From: Camelus ferus
Lineage: Eukaryota
NCBI RefSeq assembly: GCF_009834535.1
Contig: NC_045697.1
Span: 1-64,000, forward strand
Reading direction: 5' to 3'
DNA length: 64,000 nucleotides
The notes below the pieces were generated by a model. The model had not been told where the DNA came from. It did no database searches and worked only from the letters and a program-made list of their open reading frames with translations. Position 1 is the first letter of the stretch. Each line of letters starts with the position of its first letter. Shown here piece after piece: positions 13,264 to 26,294 of the stretch. The position numbers and the translations under genes were made by a program.

Positions 13264-16090
13264 GTATGAGCCTCTGGGAGTTGGGGTGGTGATTTGGTGC
13301 CAGCGAGGTAAGAGGCCTCACCCATCAGCGTCTCATCGGCCCTGATTGGAGCCCTGAGGCAGAGACAGACCTTACCCCCACCTCCCTGACCCACCTAGAC
13401 ACACAGCCTGGTTCCCACCACACCACACCTCTCACCGTTGCCCACACACACAGCAGGTTCCTGTCTCTGTGCCTTTCACTGCAGTAGTACCTTCCAGCAA
13501 TACCCTCCTCACCCCTTCTCTTCCTGCAAAAGTCCTGCTTATCTTGTAGTGTCACCTCCTACAGGAAGCCTTTCTTGATATTAAGGCTAGTTCAGTTGGC
13601 TCCTCCTAACCCAAGGGCCCCAGTTTTCTTCAAATAACATACAGTTATTTTGGGCTTGTTTCCCTCAATCCTGTGTCCTGGGGGCCAGGGCCATTTTGGA
13701 TACAGACAGCACAGCCTAAAAGGCGAAAGCTCTTAGAGTGAACTTACTGCATGGCTACGTGCATATCATGGAACCATCCTCTCTCAGGAAAACAGGGATA
13801 TTAATGGCGCTCAGTCCATCGAGTATAAACATGAAATGAGACAAGAAGAGCTCTTAGCCTAGCGTCTGACCCACAGGAAGGGCTCAGCAGAATGTAAATG
13901 TTAATAATTATGACATCATCACTGTCTGGTGGTATCAGGTCCCTTCCTGGACACGATCTGTGCAGGCCCTCCTGAGGAAGCTTGCTCAGGGCCTGAGGTG
14001 CCTTGAAGGCAGCACAGCATTGCCACCCCTCCCAGGCCTATCACCACCTGCCCCTCCACGTTGAGATCCCTGCAGACCTCTGTCTGCAAGCCAGCACCCC
14101 CAACCCTACACCAAGTCTTGTCTAAGAGAATCAGCAAGGATGATGTTGGCCAACTTGTTGAACCATCTAACATCTTTATTGCATTAAAAAACAGAGCTTT
14201 GAAGGACCCTTCTAGTCCTACTTCGACTTTGCACATAAGGAAAAGCCAAGGGGATTCGAGGGGGTAGGAGTGGGGGTGGAATGGGGACAGCGCACCATAA
14301 TCGAGGACAGCCCAGGATCCGAACGCAGCCCCCACCTCCCAGCCAGCTTTCCCAGCACTGGCTTCCATGCTGAGCTCACTCACCTGAAGGAGTGGTTTTG
14401 GAAGGAAGAGTGGAGATGTGTGGCTATCCTCACGGGACATGTGGGAAACCCAGGCTTAGAGGGGCATCCACTAGCTTAACATTCAACACCAGGCCAGGGA
14501 ACCTAGAGCTAAGAATGTCCAAGACCTCTCCCCTGCCTTCCCTCAACGACCAGCAGGCACAGTGCCTCAGGAGGGCTGGCCCCAGGCGGTGATTCAGAAG
14601 TTCACCTGGGTTTGGATCACAGCTCCTCCCCTCAGGCGCTGGGTGGCTTTGGGTTTACGTGATGTCACTTTCCTGAGCCCCCCGTTCCCTCATCGGTGAA
14701 GTGAGTTCTCAGGAGGCCTAAGGGTCACCCTTATGATGGCTGGGCGGCAACCCCCGCCCTTCTCATTTTCTTCCTCTCCAAAGAGACACCAGGAAGCCAG
14801 CTCAGGGTTGGTTCCTCCCCGAGTGTTGTTCTGACTCCCCCAGACCTGGGTTGGTTGTGCCTCTTGGGCCTCGGCCTCTCACGTGAGCGGTGGGAAGAGG
14901 GAGCTACATGGCTCTCAGGACACTCCCCATTGGATAAAGCAGTTTGGGGAAGGCTGACTTCTGGCAGAGGTGGGAGGGGCTCCGTCTAGTGGGCGGGGTG
15001 CCGGTCAAGGTGGGAGTGGAAACCTCCATGTGGGCCTGGTTACACCTGAGGTGGGAGGGGGTACGACGATGTGGGCAGGGCTATGTTGAGACAGGAGGAG
15101 TTACGTCTGTGTGGGAGTGGCTACATCCAGGTGGGAGGGGCTGTGGAGAAGCCCTGTGGGTGGCGGGGTGGGCGTGGCTACCGGGCTGCTCCCTGGAGGA
15201 GGCACCGTTTACCCAGAGACTGGACAGCACCGAGGAGGCTTGGGTCCTGATCTGAGGGCAGCGGGATCGTGAGTGGCTTTGGCAGACTGGTGCCTGCTCA
15301 GAGCCAAGGCTGTGCAGGTCTCTGTCTGACATGGACACTCTAGGCCTGGGGGGGAGTTGGGGAGGAGCTGGGGAGGACCCGTGCACCTGGCCCCACAGCC
15401 TGTGGCCTTTCCCAGACCAAGTGACTACCCATCATGGTCTGACCCAGGTCCTGTGGGGAAAGAACAGGGAACGGAGGCCCAGCCCAGCCCCAGGAGGAGG
15501 CAGGAGGAGGGAACAGGAGGGAACACCAGACCACCTGCTGGGACACAGCCTGGCCCCAGGGGTGCTCGGCTTGTGCTCTCAGTTCAGCGTCAGGACGGCG
15601 GCCACTGGGCTCCCTTATCTCTCCCTCCCCTCCCAGCCCTCCTCGCTGGGCTGCCAGAGGGACCCCGCAGGCCTGTCCAGGGTCCCTTTCCCCTCGGAGT
15701 CACACAGCGGGGCCTCCTCCGGGTCCTGCCCTCCTCACCCTCATCTCACTCTCCTCCCCTGAGGTCTTCCGGGGCCCTTGCTCACAAGGCCGCCCCAGAG
15801 TCCCAGGTGCACACTGGGCTTTCTTGTCCCCATCCCAGCCCTTCAGCTCCCAGGCCTCTCCACGCCTGCCCCAGGCCGGCCTGACCCTCCCACCTGCCCT
15901 GGCCCTGCAGGGCTCCTGGGCAATTGCTGGCCAGGCTGAGGTAGAAACATGAGATCAGTACCCGCCCTGAGCTGCCACCCTGAGTGACGTGGTAGGAATC
16001 TACCATCTCTGATCCCATCTTCCTTCTGGACCAGGGCTTGGGGGCTCCGCGGGCAGGACCTGACAGTCACTACCGGCCTTCCTCTCCCAG

Positions 16091-16281
16091 AACTGTTAAA
16101 GTCCTGGACCGGATTCTACACGTCCCGAAGCGGGCTGAAAGGCCTGGCGAGGCGAGCCAGCGCTCTGTTGTACGCCGGGGAGTCCATGTTCACACGCTGC
16201 ATGTGGCCGGCTCCCCACCGGTTCCTGGACCCGGCCTGGGCCCTGAAGCGGCTCCAGCAGCTGCGCTGGGCAGTCTCGGAG
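16091..16281 (+). CDS. MAN2B2: MAN2B2 exon 8
   Basis: cccAG, (E)[31 protein letters not shown]...LRWAVSE, GTAACG donor; GH38 WTGFYTSR motif; 191 nt. Confidence 0.96.
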
Positions 16282-17329
16282 GTAACGCCCACGTCTCGGC
16301 CACAGCACAGGATTGGAACCCCCTGGCGGTGCACTTCCCCTCCCAAGGTCACAGACCCTCCCAGGCCCCGGTCACTAGAGTCCACTTTACAGATGAGAAC
16401 ACTGAGGTCTCCTTGGGTCACGAGGCCCGTGCGTGAAGCCGCTGGGCCAAGGCGAGGACCATGGGCTGCCGGTGACCACCTCGTGGGTTCAATAAGCTTT
16501 AGAGCCAGACTCAAGGGCAAAGTGGAGAAGCACTGGTGTCCAACATTCTGCCTGGATTTGACATCAGCTCACTTCTGGGCCCCAGGCAGGTGGCTTTCCT
16601 TCTCTGAGCCCTAATTCCATTCTTGTATAATGAAAATCACTGAGGGCGGCAATTAAATGTGGTAAGGCACATAAACCTCTGGCCTCGGTGGCTGCCACAA
16701 AGGAACTTGTTCATAAACTTCTGCCTCTATTTGACCCCACTGTACAGATGGGGAAACTGAGACCCAAGAAGTCCTGTATCTTGTCTCATCACACAATCAG
16801 AATTGAGTTACACGGGCCATGACATTCGTGTTACCTAAAGGGAATTGCTGGCAGAACCAGTCACTGTGTAGGGTGAAGTGGATTGACTTTAGTGTCCCTC
16901 ACAGTGGGCGGAATCGTGGCTTCCCTTCATGGAGCCTCAGTTTCTCCTCTGTGAAGAGGAGTTAATCCTATCCTTACACAGTGGAGACAAGTGCCAGGGT
17001 TATGTGTGGAGCGGTGGAGCAGGCTAGCAGCACTTACGGGAAGACTGGGTCATGGAGGTGAAGCGGGGGTGGCTGCCCTGCAGAAGTCTGTTCCCTGCCC
17101 AAGGTCAAGGACTCAGGTATGGGTTTCCACAAGGTCAGAAAACGTTGGGCAAGTTCATCAGCCTCTCTGACTTCAGCTTCCTCTTCTGTAAAGGGTGGGG
17201 AACCCCACCTTCTCCACCAGCAGCTGGCGAGCAGGATGAGAGCCAGTGCCCAGCGGGTGCCAAGATAGTAGGCGCTCGGCAGAGGCAGGTCCTGACCCCA
17301 CTCCTCCCCTGCTTGGCCGGGGGCTGCAG

Positions 17330-17468
17330 GTCCAGCACCACGACGGCATCACTGGGACTCACACCCCCAACGTGACAGACATGTTAGTGGAACATCTGAG
17401 CGCAGGGGTGCAGGGTGTGCACAAGCTGATGGCCTCCATCATCCAGGACAGGACCCCAGCCCACTCAG
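17330..17468 (+). CDS. MAN2B2: MAN2B2 exon 9, contains Zn-ligand motif QHHDGITGT
   Basis: tgc[21 protein letters not shown]...TPAHS, GTAAGC donor; 139 nt. Confidence 0.96.
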
Positions 17469-19071
17469 GTAAGCGAGGCCCCTGAGGTGGACGCGGTGGT
17501 CGGGCAGGGGCTCTGTCCTTTTCTGAGAAGAGTTCCTGGGGGCTGGGGAGGGGTCCAGACCGCCTGAGCTTCAGACTCTGGGTGTCCATCCCAGCTGTGG
17601 CCCCTAACCTGGCTGTGCGCTTGGGCAGGGGACTCACTTCTCGGAGGCTCTGTTTCCTCTCTGTGACTGAGGGAGGGCCGGTGTGACAGTTAGAGGCAGG
17701 AACAATGCTAACAGGGCCTGGCATCTGCTCAGCACTCCTCATGCAGAATTTAATGTGTTGCCTCACACATCTCTGAAGCTGGAACTGTTGCCGTCCTCAC
17801 TGTATAGCTGAGGACACGCACAGACAGAGGGCTGTGGACCTGCCCAGGGTCACACAGGTAGGGTGTGGACCCTTAGGCCTGTGCTGCCCAGCGTTGCAGA
17901 GAGGATGCAGGTGTCCTCAGGGACCTGGCCCAGCCTGGCTCCCAGCACTGGCTCCTGAGCTCAGCCTGGGCACAGATCGTGGCAGGGCTGCCACTGCACC
18001 AGCCCCTTTGATCTGAGGGTTTCACCTGTGGGGAGCGGCTCATCGCACCCGTTTGCTTGGCACCGAGGGGATTCACCCCAGAGAGTCCTGGGCAACGAAG
18101 GACACGCTGGTCTCCCCACAAGTGCACGAGATTTTTTGTCCCCAAGGCGGCTGCTCCATCCCCAGGGCTCCACACTCAGGCCACTCTCGGTCACTGTGCA
18201 GCTCCCCTGTGTCCTCACCGTTCACCTGACCTGCTCTTCCTTCCCCTCAGGGTCTGCATATAATCCCATTCTAGCTTCGGACTCGGGAAGGGCCCTGGGG
18301 ACCAAGGGTGCAGGTGACAGGACCCTGTCCGCAGAGACGAGGATCCAAGGACAGACAGTCTCAGAAAGAGAGCTAGAACTGGGGTTGGATTCCCTTCCGG
18401 GGGGGGGGGTGCACTCCATTCCCCTGAGCTCACAAGGGCGGCTCCCCCGAGCAAGGGGGAGGTGGAGACACCAGAAGGGCATCACAGCCCCGGAACTGCC
18501 GGGCAGAGACTGGCGGCTGGAACCGTGTGATGTGCTCAGGGACCTGGGGGTCATCGGACGTGGATGCTCTTAGGGCACATGCGGTACAGGATGGAACAGA
18601 TAGGGAATCCAGACCCACTTTGCAGGGGACCTCCAGTGCTGAGCTAGGTGATTGAACTTGACCCTCCAGGCTCCAGAGAATTCCCCACTCCTTGAATGCC
18701 AAGCGCTCAAAGCTTTGGAGCCAGGCCCTAGGAGCTGGGCCACCTTGGGCAGGTGACTCTACCCCTCTGGGCCTTGGTGTCCTCACCAGTGAAGTGGGGC
18801 TGGCAGGGAGAGATGCGTGAGGAGCCCATGGACCCTGAGCTTCCAGAGGGACACTGCGTTCCGTTCCCACCTCCCCTGCCTGGGGGCCAGGGCGGCAGGA
18901 TGAAGAGAGTGTGGGGCGCTGTGTGCGTGCGTGAGCACCACGTGTCTGCATGTCCCTCTCCCCCAGGCTCTGCAGGGCCGGCCTCACCTGCCTGTTTCTC
19001 ATCTTCCCTGGTGCACGCACGTGTGCCGAGTGAGTCAGATGGCAGCAATAAAGCCTTGCCTCTGTGTGCAG

Positions 19072-19205
19072 GCCCAGAGCCTGGGGGCCTCTTTGCCGTG
19101 GTCTACAACCCCCTGGCCTGGACAGTCACCACCATCGTCACCCTGACTGTGGGCTTCTCTGAGGTCAGCGTCACGGACGAGTCAGGCCGCCCGGCGCCTG
19201 CACAG
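19072..19205 (+). CDS. MAN2B2: MAN2B2 exon 10
   Basis: tgc[28 protein letters not shown]...GRPAPAQ, GTATGG donor; 134 nt. Confidence 0.95.
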
Positions 19206-20772
19206 GTATGGGCGTGAGCTGCGGCCAGAGGTGCACCTGCTCTGGGCTGGGCACCCACAGAAGTGGGAGCCTTTAAAGTGAACAGGTGACAACCCCACTG
19301 TCACTGTGAGAACATTGTCATTGGGGTGGGCATCCATCAGGGTCACTGGGATCCACCCAGGGGACTGACTTTGGGCATCTGATTTGGCCAAAAATGACTC
19401 TTCTGTTCTCTCCCTGGAAGGTCTCAGGGAGGTCTGGGCGGCACGGGAGGCGCCCCCTCCTCTGTTGCATGTCGAATAGATACATCCTGAGGAATTTCCA
19501 CTTTGTGTGGGGAAGGCCGCCGGGATTCTTAAAGCAGATGTTGAAAGAGGCGCTGCATTAGGGGCTGGGCACGGGCGGCCTGTCTCTGCGACACCCAGAC
19601 AGGCAGCGGCAGAGTGTGGTCCTCATCTCCTTCCAGGACCTGGAGCTGGAGGTGCTTCCAGAGGGCACCTACCTGTCAGCCAGCCGACCCTCCAGGGGAG
19701 AGGCAGAGAAGGTGCAGCCGTGAGGCAGACATTCAGGGAACACTCTCCAGTGCCCATTTTGGGCCTGGGCCTGGGCTGAGTGCTGGGCTCTGGACACTGG
19801 AGTCACCGCGGGGGTCAGGGAGCAGACACAGGAACGGAGAGTCAAGGTGTGCAGCGGTCACCCGCGGGCCTGGGCAGCAGCCCTCAGCTGGGCCAGGAGG
19901 CGGAGGAAGCAGCTCCCCTCCGTGGACGCGGGGGAGAAGAGGGTGCTGGCTTGAGCAGACTCAGCACATGCACCCCTTCCGTGCCCACAGGCAACACCCA
20001 CCAAGAGTAAAGGCACTTAAATGTTCCTGGAGCGCCTGCTGTGTGTCAGGCCTCACCCTAGGTGCTGGAGAAGCTTCAGTAACCAAGGAGACAAAGTGCC
20101 TGCCCTCAGGGCTCATGTTCTAGCAGGGGAACCAGGCAGGAAACAAAATAAGAAAATACAGCCCGTGCTGGATGGTAACTGTGGCGGAGGGGAGCCTTCA
20201 GCACAGCTGTGGGGGGTGTGCGGTGGCACAGTGTAGCTGCTTTAGTTCAGAGAAAGGCCAGGTGGAGGGGCTCAGAGAGGCACCTTTTCCCTAGAGAGTG
20301 AGGGTCCCCCCTGCAGGTCCTCGGTGTCCTCCTCCGACTCCCTTCCTTAATCAGACAATGTGGGGGTGGGAAAAGGGCAGGAGGGAAACCCTGAACACCT
20401 CCCCCCACGGGGAAGTTGGAGGAATGAGAGACAAGGGCGCTCCCTCCAAAAAGGATGCCCCGCAGGCAGAGGGGACAGTGTGAGCACAGGCTCAGGGCAG
20501 GACACTGCAGCGAGGGCCGGACAGGAAGGCGGCCAGTTTGCAGGCCCCAGAGCAGAAGGGGGGCAGGAGGGAGAGGAGGCTGGGCCTGGGTCCTGCCGAG
20601 CAGGGAGGGTGCAGGGAGGGGACCCAGCTCAGCCCAGGGATGGACGACCCTGCTGCCTCAGCGGGCAGCAGGCACTCCATCCTGTGGGCGTGCAGCCGCG
20701 GGTTACTAAGGACACTGAGGCATCTTCCAGTCCTGACGTCCATCATTTCATCCCATCCCGCTGGCCGTGCAG

Positions 20773-21047
20773 GTCCAGAAGTCAGAGGATACCCCACCCG
20801 CACATGCCCTGCACGTGCTGACCACGATCCCGGGGCTCAGCTACCAGCACTACAGCATCAGGCCCATCGAGAGGGCCCATGAGGACACCCAGGAGGCTGT
20901 CGCCACCGTGACCAGCGCCATCCAGTTTGGCCGCAGGCTCAGGGGACGTGCCAGGCACTTGGGCAGGCGCCTGGTGCCTGTGAAGAATGACTGCTACACT
21001 GTGTTCCTGGACCAGGAGACCAACCTGATGCACAGCGTCTGGGAGAG
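20773..21047 (+). CDS. MAN2B2: MAN2B2 exon 11
   Basis: tgc[29 protein letters not shown]...NLMHSVWE(R), GTGAGG donor; 275 nt. Confidence 0.95.
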
Positions 21048-21349
21048 GTGAGGTGCAGCCACCGCTGGCTCTGAGGCGAGGAGCGCCCTGGGGCCTGGCG
21101 TGCCCTGCCCGCACCGGGCCTGCATTTCCTCCCCGGCCTGGGGGCCTGGGAAGGACCTGACGGTGCTGAAGGCCCTCAGTGCCGAGCTGATGTCCAGGCG
21201 TGCGCGCCTAGGCTAGGGCAAGGAAGGCTTTCCTGAGCTTGTTCATTTCTAAGGTGTGAATCCACGGAAAAAGGAATGTTGAGAGATCCTCCCTGGGGGA
21301 AATATAGTAGTCATGGTACCCACTATTTTAAATTTGGAGAAACATAAAA

Positions 21350-21475
21350 TCCATGCATCCACCCACCGCCGCATCCATCTCTCCACTCGCCCCGCCGCTC
21401 ATCCATGCATCCACCCATCCATCTTCCATCCACACACCCGTCCATCCACCCCGCCATCCGTCTGTCCACCCATTT
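21350..21475. repeat. Degenerate (CCAT)n microsatellite
   Basis: Runs of catccatcc / ccatccaccc. Confidence 0.75.
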
Positions 21476-22128
21476 ATTCACATGTTTAATCAACAGCAGC
21501 TATTGGTTGACAGCAGAGAAGGCATCTGACCCCCAGGAAAGGCCTCCCAGTGTTTGGAGCACCCCCTGCCCCGTCCATCCTCCTGTCACATCCCAGGCAG
21601 TTTTCATTCCTCCTCAGCGGCCTCTTCCAAGACAGCCACTTCTGTTTCCTCATGTGCCTCCTGACAGGAGCAGAGTTTGGGAGCAACAGGAAGCTTGGGA
21701 GGAGCCCCTGGCAGAAAGCCAAGGGGAGGAAGGAGGGGGAAGGGGGAGACAGCGGAGAGGAGGGAGAGGGGGCGTTGGCGTGACGGGAGTGTCACCTGGA
21801 GCTCAGTCAGCTGTCAGCAGCTGTGCAGGCACAGACCAGGACTCCCCTCACGGGGCTCAGCGGAAGTCCAGTCCTTCAGTCAGACAGCACGAGGCGGGGA
21901 GGCGGGGACGACAATGGTCTAGAGGCTTGTCTACAAACCAGGTGCATGTGTGTCATCGAGTGTCCTCGAAACTGTCCCTTAGGCTCTGTGGAGGGTATTT
22001 TTGTTCACTCCTGGTTCGAGGCTGGTGTCTGCATACAGGGATTGTGAGCGTGGTTCCCAGCACAGGGATAATGCCCGAGAGACATTGTCCCCCACGGTCA
22101 TACTGGTTTCTCTCTCCCGCCTCTGCAG

Positions 22129-22320
22129 GCAGAGTAACCGCACAGTACGCGTGACCCAGGAGTTCATGGAGTACCACGTGAACGGTGATGAGGAAGACGG
22201 TCTTATTTCAGATAATTACGTGTTTACGCCCAAAGGTGCCGCAGAGCCAGCGTGGGAAGCTGTGGGGATGGAGATCGTAGAGGGGCGGCTCATGACCGAG
22301 ATCCGGCAGTTCTTCTACAG
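22129..22320 (+). CDS. MAN2B2: MAN2B2 exon 12
   Basis: tgc[22 protein letters not shown]...SDNYVFTP...EIRQFFY(R), GTGAGG donor; 192 nt. Confidence 0.95.
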
Positions 22321-22799
22321 GTGAGGTCGGCCCCTCTGGCTGTGCGCAGAGGACGCTGGCTGGGCAGGTGCTTGGGGAAATGAGGGTCCATCCTTGCTGC
22401 AGATGCCCAGCTCCTAGTTCTGTGCTTGGCACTCGGTCGTTCCTCGATGAAAGTTTAATGAAGTGATGAACTGCCCCGTATCTCTGCAGACCTGGCTGCG
22501 CTGTGTCATCTTGGTGCATCTAAGTCCAGAGGTGGGACCAGCACCCATAGTGGCAGTGACTTACATACCAGAGCAGCTCTGGTGTTCTCATTAACAGCAC
22601 AGACATGAGCCACCCAGGTTGGCTGGTGCTCAGCACTATCAGGGACCCAGGCTCTCTGCCTGCCCTGCACTGCCTGCAGCAAGGAGGGAGGGAGGGAAGT
22701 AAGGTAGGAAGGAAAGAAGGTGACACAGGAAAAAATGTGGGGCGAGAAAATGACCACGTCCCAGCTCTCAGCTGAGTCTATGGGACACACCCCACCACG

Positions 22800-23330
22800 C
22801 GTGCGTCCTAGGCTTCAAGCAGGAAAGATTCGAGGGTGAGCCACGGCTCAGTAAAGGTGGGTTTATTCTGAAAGCTACATACTCCATAGACAGAATGCGG
22901 GCTATTTCAGAAGGCAAGGGAAAGGCTGTGAGGCGTGGGGTTGGATGCTCAGTTTAAAGCAGAAGTGGACTCACACTCCGCAGACAGCGTGCGGGCGTCT
23001 CGCTCAGGAGCGCGAGCGGCCCCGGGGTGCGGGGCTGCTAGTTTTTACGGGCTCAGTAACTTTATATGCTAACAAATGGGAGGGTTTTTCCAACTACTTT
23101 GGGGAAGAGGCTGGGATTCGCAGTAGCTGAGCCACCACCCACTTTTTGACCTTTTATTGTCAGCCTCAGAAGTGTCCTGGCGCCCGTGGGGAGACTCATT
23201 CACCACGTTCACGGGCTACAGTGGGCGTGTGGTGAGCGCGAGTCTCCTGGAAGTCAGGTCTCCTGCCATCCTGGGCCTCAGGGCCTGCTGGGAGCGGGAT
23301 CTTCCGCTCTCCTGGTGTTGGCTGCTGTTC
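22800..23330 (-). mobile_element. Probable ERV solo LTR in intron 12
   Basis: Contains TTTATT (- strand AATAAA) at about 22862, internal repeat (actccatagacagaatgcgggc / actccgcagacagcgtgcgggc) and ERV1-LTR-like ccactttttgaccttttattgtcagcctc; family not identified. Confidence 0.5.
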
Positions 23331-23429
23331 CTCCTTGAATGGCCGTGCCCTCCCCCTTCCTTCCTGTCCAAAGGCAGGGCCGTCCAGAAGCTGCCAGAGC
23401 TTGACTCACCCACTCTGCTTCCCCTCCAG

Positions 23430-23682
23430 GCAGGTGAACGACACTGACCACACACACGCCATCTACACCCGGCTGGCCCGCGGGCCTCAGGGCTCTGGCG
23501 GGGAGCTGCTCTGCCACCGCATAGAGCAGGAGTGCCGGGTGGGCCCCTTGGAGCTGAACCGCGAGGCCATCCTGAGGACCAGCACCGATCTGAACACTCA
23601 GCGGGTTCTCTACTCGGACAACAACGGCTACCAGATGCAGCGCAGGACCTACAGAAACTACGCGAACAACAGTGTCTCCCGG
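23430..23682 (+). CDS. MAN2B2: MAN2B2 exon 13
   Basis: tcc[17 protein letters not shown]...[13 protein letters not shown]...NNSVSR, GTAGGC donor; 253 nt. Confidence 0.95.
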
Positions 23683-24837
23683 GTAGGCCCTGCGGCGCCC
23701 CGTGGGCACAGGGCCCGCAGACGCAGCGCCGATGGCGCTTCTGCAGCGGGCGGGAGGGACCCCTGTGAGCGCCCACGGTCAGCAGCGGAGTCTAGAGCGT
23801 CTCTCTGAACCTCCGCTGCCCGACATGTGCCGTTAGTGGGTGAGGCCCAGGCTTGTTCAGACCTGTGCCCGAGCTCTGGTGCCACCGCGTGTGAGGGAAG
23901 TCTCTGAGGTCTCCTGTGTGCCCCTCGGGTCCTCTTCTGTCAGATGAGCGCCTCACTGGGGGTCACTCTGGGGATAAGCAGATGATGCCTGTCTAGGCCT
24001 GAGCGGGGTTGGACCCTCACTGGCTCCTCTCAGTAGACCCACTGCCAGGCCGCTTGGTGAAATGGCAAACACAGCCTCAATTCCGAAATCAGTTCAGCTC
24101 CCAGACCCTTTGCATCCAGCAGAGTGACCAAGGGCAGGTCACCTGGCTTCCCTGGGCTTCTGTGCTCTTCTGGGAAAGGAAGTGACCTCCCCTCAGAAAT
24201 CTGGGGGTCAGCTGGGACATCCAGGCGCAGGGCTGTGCGGGGCACCTCTTATACCTCAATCAGCGTTAGCTCCTCCTCCTTCCAGGGGACCCCGTGTGGG
24301 GGTTGTGGCCCCTCCCTGCTCTACCTTCCTTGAGTTTCATTCCCCGTCATTTCTATTGGCTGCTTCTCACCCACTGTGGCCGAGGCTCCAGAGAGACCAA
24401 GGCCGTCAGCCCAGGACGTCTTGCCCCAACAGAGCAAAGAGCATGGGCTCTGCGACCACTGTTCCAGCCCGGACACAGGCCCTTTTCTATCTCGCAACCA
24501 GCGGCCGAGGGCTGATCTCAGCCTGGACTGGCACACACCCCTTCATTCCCCCCTGAAGGAGTTGTGTGGGGTGGTTTGACCCCATGTTACAGATCGGGAA
24601 ACTGAGGCTTAGGCATCTGAGTCCCCATCTCATATGGTCAAGAAGCAGAAGAGCTGAATTTCAATCCAAGTCGGTCAGTCTAAAACGTCAGATCCCCAAA
24701 CCCTGGCCACCAACACCACACTGAGCAGCCACCGTGCCTGTGCGGGAGGCTGGCTCGGGGGCCAGAGGTGATCCAGACCAGGTGTCCTACCAGGCCCTTG
24801 GCCCCTACAGCCAGCCTGGCAGTGTTTCTGTCCACAG

Positions 24838-24948
24838 AATTACTACCCCATGGCCCAGGCGGCCTTCATCCAGGACAGAGGCAGCCGGCTCGTGCTGCTG
24901 TCGGAGCGGGCCCACGGCGTCTCCAGCCAGAGGAGCGGGCAGGTGGAG
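24838..24948 (+). CDS. MAN2B2: MAN2B2 exon 14
   Basis: cac[45 protein letters not shown] donor; 111 nt. Confidence 0.95.
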
Positions 24949-25025
24949 GTAGGAGGAGGCCCCTCCGGACCCCCGGGGGCGCGGCAGGGGCGAGGCGGGG
25001 CCTGTCACACAGCTCTTCCCTGCAG

Positions 25026-25218
25026 GTCATGCTCCACCGGCGGCTCTGGAACAACTTCGACTGGGCCTTGTGGGACAACCTCACACTGAACGACACCACC
25101 GTTGTCCGCCCTGTGCTCTGGCTGCTGCTGGGACCCCGCACACTCACCGCCGGCCTGCGCCAGAGGAGTGGGCTGGCGCTGCGGCACAGGCCCGTGGTGC
25201 TGCTGAGAGAGCTGAATG
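25026..25218 (+). CDS. MAN2B2: MAN2B2 exon 15
   Basis: Follows a 77-nt intron; [24 protein letters not shown]...[17 protein letters not shown] donor; 193 nt. Confidence 0.95.
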
Positions 25219-25817
25219 GTAAGGGGGTCCTCTCAGTGCTCGTGTCGTCTCGGCCCAGAGGGAGCCGGCCTGGCCGGGGGTGGGGACGGGCTTGCGCCCT
25301 CAGGGGTCTGGGCTACCTCGGGGCAGGAAGGGACTCAGGGACCTCTGATCCCAGCCCCTCATTTGAAATATGGGCAAACTGAGGTGCAGAGAGGCTCAGC
25401 GCCTCATTCAAGGTCATATGCTAGTCAGCGCACAGCTGGGACTCAGCTCCTCCCTCCACACACCTTTTCCCTGCGTCGCCTCCCGTTTCCCCTCTGACGT
25501 CCCTTTCTCTTTATCAATATGATGCAAGTCCACCTCTTACTTCGGGTCCGGAGGCTCAGCATTTAAAAGACTGGTTTTACCTAAATTAAGCATGCCGTCA
25601 CCAGGTGAGGGCGATTCTTACCCATGTTCTGATCTGCAAGGTTTTTATATTTCTTGCACTGCGACTACTATAGATGCACATCCGTCCAGTGTGGTATATT
25701 TACTGACACAGTGGACCATGAAATTCATTAAACAATGATTTCTGTTAAAGATGGTGCTATGGAGAAGCCTTAAAAATTTAAAGACTTAGGTAAAATATGG
25801 GATCCTCATTCTCACTA

Positions 25818-26294
25818 CAGGCGCACCTTACTTCATATTCTTCCCTTTATTGAGCTTTGAAGATACTGCTTTGTGTGTGTGTGTGACAAATTGGAGGTTA
25901 TGGCAACGTTGCATAGAGCAGTCTACTGGCACCATTCCTCGAGCCACATTTGCTCAGTTCCCATCTCTGTGTCACAATATTTCAAATATCTCATTGTATT
26001 ATATTTGTTATGGGGATCTGGGATCAGTGATCTTAATGTTGTAATTGCAAAAGATATGCAATTTGCTGTAGGTTCAGTTAATGTAACATTTTTAGCAATG
26101 AAGACTTTTGAAATTAAGTTTTAAACATTGTTCCTGTTAGATACATTGCTATCCCACACTTAATAGACGACAGTGTAGTGTAACTGTATTTTCACATGCA
26201 CTGGAAAATGCAAAAGCCATTGATGCCTTAATTGGGACATTTGGTTTATTGCGGTGGTTGAACCCAAACCCACAGTATTTCCAAGGTTTGGCTG
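25818..26294 (+). mobile_element. Tigger1-derived internally deleted DNA transposon
   Basis: TA|caggcgcacct...gacaaattggaggttatggcaac ... gtggttgaacccaaacccacagtatttccaaggtttggctg|TA; Tigger1-like termini with TA target duplication. Confidence 0.8.

Noticed and set aside
19047..19052. AATAAA about 20 nt upstream of the exon 10 acceptor as an intronic poly(A) site
   Set aside because: A single hexamer is expected by chance and cleavage would fall at the acceptor itself; no other support.
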